Below, piece after piece: positions 54,949 to 64,000 of a stretch of DNA of 64,000 bases. A program made the position numbers and the translations under genes. The notes beneath the pieces are model-generated. The model saw only the letters and a program-made list of their open reading frames with translations. It was not told the DNA's origin and did not search any database. Location: positions 3,782,001-3,846,000 of the forward strand of contig OZ176052.1 of assembly GCA_964247055.1 (NCBI GenBank). Reading direction: 5' to 3'. This stretch comes from Paragordius varius. Taxonomy: Eukaryota; Animalia; Nematomorpha. Position 1 is the first letter of the stretch. The number at the start of each line of letters is the position of its first letter.

Positions 54949-55612
54949 TTTTTAGTCAAAAGCAACACTTTATCAACCAAACGCAACATTTTTTAGTTAT
55001 CTTTGCTTGAAAAATGATGCGTTTGCTTGAAAAAATGCTGCACTTGCTTGAAAAAATATATGTGATAAATTAATTGGATTTAGGTGTGCCAGGCGTACCT
55101 AAGATACCATCTCTTCCAATCCCAAGTATATATATATATATATATAATAAAATATATTTTTTATTTTATTTTACATTTAATTAATATTATCTTTTAGGTG
55201 TACCTAAAGTACCGGCAAGTATGCTTTTTTATCGCTAAGATATTTTTGTATTGACTTTTAATTTATACAATATTTGACCATAAAATATACTTAAAAATCT
55301 CTTAAAAATATCATTTTGCCAATTTTTAATCTAAAACATATTTGTTTTCTAGTTCCATCCGTACCAAAAGTTCCAAGTATTCCAGGTATTTATTTTAATC
55401 TTCATACATCTTCTAATGTCAAATATTTTTTTAATACTATAAATTAATTTGCCACAAATATTTAAAGTATAATAATAATTATACTTGCTAGCCGCTCCGA
55501 AATTGCCCGCTGTCCCAAAACCTTCACGTAAAATATCTGCTAATTATAATTTTTAAATTTTATTTGGCCTGATTATAAATCCTTATTTTCATATTCTATT
55601 ATAGTTGGCTAA
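54591..55612 (+). CDS. Micro-exon gene A: secreted Gly/Pro-rich peptide precursor, 84 aa
   Basis: Exons 54591-54657, 54829-54876, 55084-55125, 55198-55218, 55353-55385, 55492-55527, 55605-55612, all GT-AG and phase 1. Product MVRFLLCLISVFLLAVVGVFGQIPNIGGVVGSIGGGIPGVPGVPKIPSLPIPSVPKVPAIPSVPKVPSIPAAPKLPAVPKPSLG*. Exons and splice sites are conserved in paralog B while introns diverge. Confidence 0.88.
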
Positions 55613-56503
55613 ATGAATGGAGATTCAATGATAGCTTACGATTCCTAAATTATTAATATTTATAGTTTTTTTCATAAAATTTTTTTTGCACCTTATTAGT
55701 TATTTTTATTTTACATCAATTATTGTAACTCTCAAAATTTAATAAATAGAATCATAACGCATCTTATATATTGTATCTCATATGCATTATTTTAAGTGTC
55801 GACCGTTCAAGGAGTAATAACGTTGACTATAAGCAGTTTACGGTCATATACAAACAGCATAAATTGGAATTTCTGCGTGCAACTCCTGTATGACTATATT
55901 ATTACCATTATGTTTTTTCAAAATTACTGCTTCCTATTTCTCAAGAGCCACTCTAGTCCCAGTACCAAATTTTTAAAACCTACGCTGGTTTGTTTTTGAA
56001 TTTTGATAAACATATTTGATTCTGGTTCTATACTATCTTAAATGTCCTTTCTTCAAATAAGAAAAAATCTCTCTGTATTTAATAATTGCATACGGATTAA
56101 AAATTTATAGAACGTTTTAAAAATCATCTATATTATCAGCTTTGGGAAGTTATTAACCATGGACATGGTGAGATCATATTCTAACAACTCAATGATATAG
56201 GAAAAAACATTAACAAAAGATGTTCGTGGTAATGTCAAAAACAAAATATTATTAAAAAATTTATAAAGAAAAAATGCATATTACCGGTTCTAAAAAACTA
56301 GTTTAGAAAACTTTTTTTGGAATCCCGCTTTTGCTCGAATTTTTCGATATCCACCTGTGGAAATTTTATTTGTATTGTCTGATTTTGAGCTTTGTATTTC
56401 ACGAGATAACTACGCAATCATGTGCAAATTGAGTCAAAGATTTACCATTTATATGGTTTCCAATAACCTATTTTTGCAATAGTTGTATTAATGTAAAATT
56501 AAA

Positions 56504-57046
56504 CACTTGGATACAACACATCCATTTCAGTCCTCCGATTCAAATTGGGTCTTTGGAGACACCATGCGTGTTTAAAATCAAATATTTTTAAAAATATGGA
56601 ACATATAAAATCATTGCAAAAGATTGCACTGATATAACATTAATGCACCGAAATATAAATAAGATTTATCTAAAAATACTTGATATTACTTATCTTATGG
56701 ATAAGCCTCTAAAGTAATAATTTAGTCATAATAACATGTGTGCATTAGCTAAATAAAAAAATAATGCAAATTAAACCACGTTTGTTTATATCAATGTTAG
56801 ATATTAACAAATATCTATCATTTTAGCGTAAGATTCAATTAAACACGATATTTTTATAAAATGGCGTAGAAGTAGTTTGATATGGAACTTTTCAAAACTA
56901 AATTTTATTTAGTATTTTGACTTATTCATATAATTTTTATTGGGATGAAGCATAAGTTTGAATTGAAACCATTTCTGTTAGGTTTTTTAAAATATAAACT
57001 TAAATAAAGCTCGGGATCCCTAGATAACCCAATTTGAAACGAAGTG
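56504..57046 (+). mobile_element. Diverged piggyBac-like MITE (duplicate at 58708-59250)
   Basis: Starts cacttggatacaac, ends cgaagtg; colinear with 40343-40908. Confidence 0.75.
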
Positions 57047-57287
57047 TTTGAAAAACCTATATAAATTGTATAGTAGTCAATATTTTTCTGCCTTAACCAT
57101 GTATTATAGTTTTTTTCCAGATACACTTTAGATGTTTTTATATATATACAATTTTTTAGTCAAAAGCAACACTTTATCAACCAAACGCAACATTTTTTAG
57201 TTATCTTTGCTTGAAAAATGATGCGTTTGCTTGAAAAAATGCTGCACTTGCTTGAAAAAATATATGTGATAAATTAATTGGATTTAG

Positions 57288-57816
57288 GTGTGCCAGGCGT
57301 ACCTAAGATACCATCTCTTCCAATCCCAAGTATATATATATATATATATAATAAAATATATTTTTTATTTTATTTTACATTTAATTAATATTATCTTTTA
57401 GGTGTACCTAAAGTACCGGCAAGTATGCTTTTTTATCGCTAAGATATTTTTGTATTGACTTTTAATTTATACAATATTTGACCATAAAATATACTTAAAA
57501 ATCTCTTAAAAATATCATTTTGCCAATTTTTAATCTAAAACATATTTGTTTTCTAGTTCCATCCGTACCAAAAGTTCCAAGTATTCCAGGTATTTATTTT
57601 AATCTTCATACATCTTCTAATGTCAAATATTTTTTTAATACTATAAATTAATTTGCCACAAATATTTAAAGTATAATAATAATTATACTTGCTAGCCGCT
57701 CCGAAATTGCCCGCTGTCCCAAAACCTTCACGTAAAATATCTGCTAATTATAATTTTTAAATTTTATTTGGCCTGATTATAAATCCTTATTTTCATATTC
57801 TATTATAGTTGGCTAA
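57288..57816 (+). other. Duplicated exons 3-7 of micro-exon gene A, without promoter or exons 1-2
   Basis: Exons 57288-57329, 57402-57422, 57557-57589, 57696-57731, 57809-57816 match gene A with intact splice sites. Confidence 0.85.
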
Positions 57817-60455
57817 ATGAATGGAGATTCAATGATAGCTTACGATTCCTAAATTATTAATATTTATAGTTTTTTTCATAAAATTTTTTTTGCACCTTAT
57901 TAGTTATTTTTATTTTACATCAATTATTGTAACTCTCAAAATTTAATAAATAGAATCATAACGCATCTTATATATTGTATCTCATATGCATTATTTTAAG
58001 TGTCGACCGTTCAAGGAGTAATAACGTTGACTATAAGCAGTTTACGGTCATATACAAACAGCATAAATTGGAATTTCTGCGTGCAACTCCTGTATGACTA
58101 TATTATTACCATTATGTTTTTTCAAAATTACTGCTTCCTATTTCTCAAGAGCCACTCTAGTCCCAGTACCAAATTTTTAAAACCTACGCTGGTTTGTTTT
58201 TGAATTTTGATAAACATATTTGATTCTGGTTCTATACTATCTTAAATGTCCTTTCTTCAAATAAGAAAAAATCTCTCTGTATTTAATAATTGCATACGGA
58301 TTAAAAATTTATAGAACGTTTTAAAAATCATCTATATTATCAGCTTTGGGAAGTTATTAACCATGGACATGGTGAGATCATATTCTAACAACTCAATGAT
58401 ATAGGAAAAAACATTAACAAAAGATGTTCGTGGTAATGTCAAAAACAAAATATTATTAAAAAATTTATAAAGAAAAAATGCATATTACCGGTTCTAAAAA
58501 ACTAGTTTAGAAAACTTTTTTTGGAATCCCGCTTTTGCTCGAATTTTTCGATATCCACCTGTGGAAATTTTATTTGTATTGTCTGATTTTGAGCTTTGTA
58601 TTTCACGAGATAACTACGCAATCATGTGCAAATTGAGTCAAAGATTTACCATTTATATGGTTTCCAATAACCTATTTTTGCAATAGTTGTATTAATGTAA
58701 AATTAAACACTTGGATACAACACATCCATTTCAGTCCTCCGATTCAAATTGGGTCTTTGGAGACACCATGCGTGTTTAAAATCAAATATTTTTAAAAATA
58801 TGGAACATATAAAATCATTGCAAAAGATTGCACTGATATAACATTAATGCACCGAAATATAAATAAGATTTATCTAAAAATACTTGATATTACTTATCTT
58901 ATGGATAAGCCTCTAAAGTAATAATTTAGTCATAATAACATGTGTGCATTAGCTAAATAAAAAAATAATGCAAATTAAACCACGTTTGTTTATATCAATG
59001 TTAGATATTAACAAATATCTATCATTTTAGCGTAAGATTCAATTAAACACGATATTTTTATAAAATGGCGTAGAAGTAGTTTGATATGGAACTTTTCAAA
59101 ACTAAATTTTATTTAGTATTTTGACTTATTCATATAATTTTTATTGGGATGAAGCATAAGTTTGAATTGAAACCATTTCTGTTAGGTTTTTTAAAATATA
59201 AACTTAAATAAAGCTCGGGATCCCTAGATAACCCAATTTGAAACGAAGTGTTTGAAAAACCTATATAAATTGTATAGTAGTCAATATTTTTCTGCCTTAA
59301 CCATGTATTATAGTTTTTTTCCAGATACACTTTAGATGTTTTTCTAAAAAAAATTGTTTCATTAATATACAATTTAGAGGGTCTCTTTTTTGTTTTGTAA
59401 TCAAAGAGGACTTGTGTCAAGACAAAAAATTTAATTTCTATCCTTGATAACGGTTGAGAGTGTCTTAAGTAGATAATCACATCGTTCTAGAATATTCGTT
59501 GTTGTCTCTGCTCTCTTTTTTCTGATTCGGAATAGACAACAAAAATCCTAAAACGGTGGGAAGTGTCAGCAGATATACTTCCCAGTAATTAGGGAGTCTA
59601 AGAATCATTAAAGAAAGGAAAGAGGAAGATGATGGTAGAGAACGACTTATAAGGATAAAGACAAAGTTTGCTTCTGAAAGAATGAAAATCTCTTTTGAGA
59701 CTGCCGTGATCAATAGGTTTTTATTCAAAGGAGTAAACTTTGTCTACATCCTTGTGAAAGAATACTCCTTTCATCTTGTTGATGTTATATTTATTCATTA
59801 TCTACTTCGCCTGCACAGGGCTGACAATGAGGATAATTGGTCAATTTCGTAGTTCGAACTCCGCACTCACATACAATGTAAAATTCTTTACCTATACCAT
59901 CATGGAAATAATTGGTATATTTAAGAATATTCGCATGTATAAATCAATTCGATCAAATTCGTTTACGAATTCAACCACCAAGCCAAAGATTAAATGTAAA
60001 AGATGTGCATATGCAAGGTATTACAATATATAAAATATATTATGATTTATATCACATGAAATAACATCATTAAAAACCATTAGATAAATTAAAATTTTTG
60101 CTCATATCTGCTCACAAACATATAGGATGGCAAAAAATTTTCTGAACTGCTTGATGCCTACTCCCTTTGCGTTTAATAGAAGCAATGATGCTCAGCGCAA
60201 AAAAATTATAAATAATGTTTAAAACCATCAAAAAATGTAAATGGCTCAGGATGAGTAGAATGGAACGGAATAAATTTTCGTAATTATAATAAAAAATACA
60301 AAAGTATTTGGTATAAAACCGCTTTTAGACGTTCGGAAGTATCACCAAAAAAACTGTATTTAATGTCTTTAAATAAAAGACAAACTGATCAAACTTTAAT
60401 GGTTAATGAATTTGAAAAATATGCAAAATCCAAAAACTGTAAAGATTGTCCAAAC

Positions 60456-60642
60456 AAGGGATGTCCAACACGCTTTGTGGTGAGGAAAAGTGCTTAAAAA
60501 AATGTTAAAAAAATAAAAAATTGGATTTTAATCCAAGTTTAACGATTAGTTAGTAATACATCATCCAAAATGCTTCTAATAAATTAAAAAAACCAAAAAT
60601 AAACATATCAGTCCGAGAAGACATTTGTTATAGACAACCCTA
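60456..60642. mobile_element. Short AGGGATGTC...GACAACCCTA MITE (probably hAT)
   Basis: Imperfect terminal inverted repeats; relatives at 4863-5045 and about 42150-42310. Confidence 0.55.
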
Positions 60643-61518
60643 GTCTGAAATATAACATATCCATTCTGTGTAAAACTATAAGCAATGCCTAACTAATCTG
60701 TTAAAGTTTAAATTATTATGAATTTTTTCAGCTCTCAGAATCATTTAAAATGCCTTTTGTGATAATAATTTAATAATATTATCTCTGACGCGTTATTTTA
60801 TGATTTTCATATGAAAACTGTGCCCAACGCGTCGCCGATAGACAAAACAAAGATTTGTGAACAGTCTTTAAAAAGGAGGCCAGACTATGATCAGGCTTTC
60901 AAAAGAAATGGTGAATGACTAAAATTGAAATCTAAATGAACTACCCTACACTCAAAAAATCACTAAAAGGTTACGCCAGTGAAAGCATAATTAGGGTGGA
61001 ACTCCACCTAAAGATCAATTTATAAAAGAGCAGCCATAATCTCTACCTTAATGAAATACATAGGAGTGGATATGAATACCGGAGCTTATCTAAAAACGTG
61101 GCTTTACTATATTCGGCGCTCTCATAAAGGAAAAAAAATATTTTTTATTGAAATCGAATGGGCATCCCTGTATGCCGGAAAATTGCTCAAATATAAGATT
61201 TTGGGCACTTGTGTTTTTTCAGCCTTTATTTTGCAGGGGGTGGGGGATAAGGAGCTATTTAAGAAAAATTAGTTCGACTATATATTATAAATTGTATTTT
61301 AGTGCATTAACTTTACGCGTTTATCGAGAAATCGTTTTGAAAGCCAACCTTTTATTTGTTGGTCCCATTTAATGTATTTTTCAATTAAGTTAAATGGTGA
61401 AGGAATCGACCCCAATACTGCTTCAACACACTTATAGAAGGGTCGGAGGCAATTCTGTACCAAATTACAATAGCAATTTATAGAAATAGCACAACATATA
61501 AATATATATATATATATA

Positions 61519-62524
61519 CTAGCGTAAATCTCGTGCTGCTACGCAGCCCGAGGAAGTCCTTCGGACTTCTGGGAGGAGGGAGACATTTTTGATTTTATAA
61601 GGAATTTTGGTATGCGGCACGAAGTTTTAAAATGATTCACATTGTCTCATATTCTGAAATTTGGCTCCAAAGGCATGCTGTATCGATATGATGGCGCAGT
61701 TGTAGCCGGGTAGCCCCCTACCCAGAGGCCAATATAAAAATGGAGTTTAATACAAAAATTTTGCCTTTATACCTGGAATCAACGTTTATTTCTATGGAAG
61801 AATGGCTTCAAAACTAAATAATAGTTTAATGATAGCGCATTTTTTGAGGGAGTAAAGGGCCTATTTATCGGCTAATTCAAAAAATCCGCTCGACTTTTGA
61901 CTTTTTACGGGTAATACTTTAAGCAGCTATAGAACTTATATGGCCTGATAGGTTTTCTGAAAATTAGCCTTAAAAGCACGCTATTTGGATATGATGAATC
62001 AGTTTTTAGCGGGTAGCTCCTTACCCGCAGCTATCATGAAAGAAACGCTTGACTAAAATTTTTGACTTTTATCAGGGAATACGTGGAATCCATATTGAAT
62101 TATTACGGTCTCATACCTAGGGCGAAAAATAGATTTAAAAAATTATTTTTGTGGACTTTGTTTTTTGAAAAAATGGCATTTTACGGGGGGAGCGGGTAAA
62201 AAGAGGGCCTAAATCAAAAAAGCGAGACGACTATGTTCGGCGCAATCGAAAATAAATTAACAAAAATTATATTGGAAATTTAATGGTCCAACACGTTCTC
62301 CAGAAAATTGAAGACACGATTTTTGTGGACTTCTGTTTTCAAAAAAAACCCGTTTTTCACACGGGGTGGGCCGAACTGGGGGCCTATTTCAAAAAAAGGG
62401 CGAAGCTATTGTCGGGGCATTCATTAATGATTATATTTTTTCGATGTTTGGATTTGAATGGGTCTACCGGTTTTCCGGTACCAGATCACAAAGCCAGCAT
62501 TTTCCATTTTTATAAATATATAGA
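61519..62524 (-). mobile_element. Non-autonomous Helitron
   Basis: Minus strand A|TC 5' end; 3' hairpin (plus ctcgtgctgctacgcagcccgag) followed by CTAG|T; no TSD. Confidence 0.85.
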
Positions 62525-63049
62525 TATTTGTTGGCCACTTCAAGTCTCGTATAAGGTGCTCTTTATGTCGTGTTTTTGCACACTTTTGTTTAATTATAAA
62601 ACATCATAAATCTTGGTCTAAATTTTAAAATAATGCTGTTTTATAATACTTGTTATGTTGTCAAAATCGCTAACATCTTGTCAAATGTATTGGAATCAAT
62701 ACAATTTCTATTTTTACAGTTAGATGAGTTTGAGTTTCAAATAAACATTTGATAAATACCATATTTAAATGTATTAATTTAAATAAATATTTAAAAGTTT
62801 AAAACTGAAGATTTACCTTTTTTCACAGGTCTTACAAACAAAACTTATTTATGACAGTTTGACAGGTAAAAAAATACAAATAAAATTGACATGACATTGA
62901 TCGATTTTCCAAAACAAATCATTTTGTGGATGTTGTTATCATGTCTAAAAAATCTATATAAAGGCAAATTTTTTTATAGTTTTCACTTTTTAAAATTATT
63001 AAACCCTTAAACTTTTAAATCTCTTATCTCGTTTCTTATCAACTATAAA

Positions 63050-63917
63050 ATGGCCCGTTTTCTTCTTTGCTTAGTAAGTGGTTTCTTGCTCGCAGTTGCC
63101 GGAGTTTTCGGACAAAGTAAACCCCCATTTTTAAATAACATTTTAATTTAAAATTATAAAAAAATTGTGATTTAATTACTCTTAAACTTCCATTCATCGA
63201 TATAAATATTATCCAATTTTCTATATTTATTAGTACCGAATATCGGAGGCATAGTGGGGTCTATTGGTGGTGGAATTCCAGGTATATCATTTTTTTTATA
63301 TTTTACACAATACTATATATATATATATATGATTTCTATATTGGATATTATCGCTTTAGGCGTACCTGGTGTACCTAGCCTTCCTAAATTACCATCCCTT
63401 CCAATTCCAAGTATATATACAATAATCATATAATAAATATATTTTCTAGTTCTCCTTTTTTAACATTTGAATATTATTATTTTTATTTTTAAGGTGTACC
63501 TAAAGTCCCGTCTCTTGCAGGTATGCGTTTATATCGTTAAAATATTTTTGAATTGACTTTTCATTTAAATTTTCATTTGAAATAATTTATCAAACATTTA
63601 AACAAAATGCAAATATATTTGAGCACATCTATATACTCGAAAAATATCATTTGCCAATATTTTTTCCCAAAACATATTTGCCTTTTAGTTCCATCCGTGC
63701 CAAAAGTTCCAAGTATTCCAGGTACTTAATTTTATAATTTTTCACTTATTATTTTTATTCTTAATTATTAAATTACCAATCATTAAATAATTATCTTTTT
63801 TAGCCGCTCCTAAATTGCCCGCTGCCCCAAAACCTTCACGTAAAATATCAGCTAATTCTAATTTTTATTTTATGTTTTTGATTATAAATCATTTTACATA
63901 TTTTTATAGTTGGCTAA
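63050..63917 (+). CDS. Micro-exon gene B: secreted Gly/Pro-rich peptide precursor, 89 aa
   Basis: Exons 63050-63116, 63234-63281, 63360-63410, 63494-63520, 63689-63721, 63804-63839, 63910-63917, all GT-AG and phase 1. Product MARFLLCLVSGFLLAVAGVFGQIPNIGGIVGSIGGGIPGVPGVPSLPKLPSLPIPSVPKVPSLAVPSVPKVPSIPAAPKLPAAPKPSLG*. Confidence 0.9.
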
Positions 63918-64000
63918 ATTGATGGAGATTCAACGATGCTACACAATTCCTAAATTCCTGATTTTTATTGTCTCATTTTATAAAAGAATTTTTCCAAAAA

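Larger units (their letters stand above)
54935..59343. repeat. Tandem duplication, unit 2204 bp, apparently identical copies
   Basis: Offset of 2204 at every marker checked (caattttttag 54945/57149; ORFs 55796/58000 and 56926/59130); junction in a (TA)n tract. Confidence 0.95.

Noticed and set aside
55796-58203. Duplicated 67-aa ORFs MSTVQGV... and the ORFs at 56926 and 59130
   Set aside because: Non-ATG starts, no motifs; repeated only because of the 2204-bp duplication, and the latter overlap a MITE.

Overview
Very AT-rich, intron-rich, transposon-dense DNA from a eukaryote, probably an animal and possibly a fast-evolving parasite (inference; taxon not determined). I assembled exon by exon two minus-strand housekeeping genes: a SERCA-type Ca2+-ATPase (22 exons seen, 3' end off the window) and exocyst subunit EXOC5/Sec10 (22 exons, about 1012 aa, with large low-complexity insertions carrying three NPF motifs, and a 23-nt first intron). 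The main discovery is missed by the ORF track: a family of micro-exon genes encoding small secreted Gly/Pro-rich cationic peptides. It has two intact paralogs (54.6 and 63.1 kb), a 2204-bp tandem duplication of exons 3-7, and an inverted pseudogene (41.2-41.7 kb). All internal exons are phase 1-1 and multiples of 3. The rest is DNA transposons: three hAT-Blackjack-type elements with inverted transposase copies, Buster/Charlie-type MITEs with nested Helitrons and a foldback element, piggyBac-like TTAA MITEs, TA-flanked MITEs and an RTE LINE remnant. No rRNA, tRNA or CRISPR is supported. Comparisons with human proteins are from memory and need real alignments.
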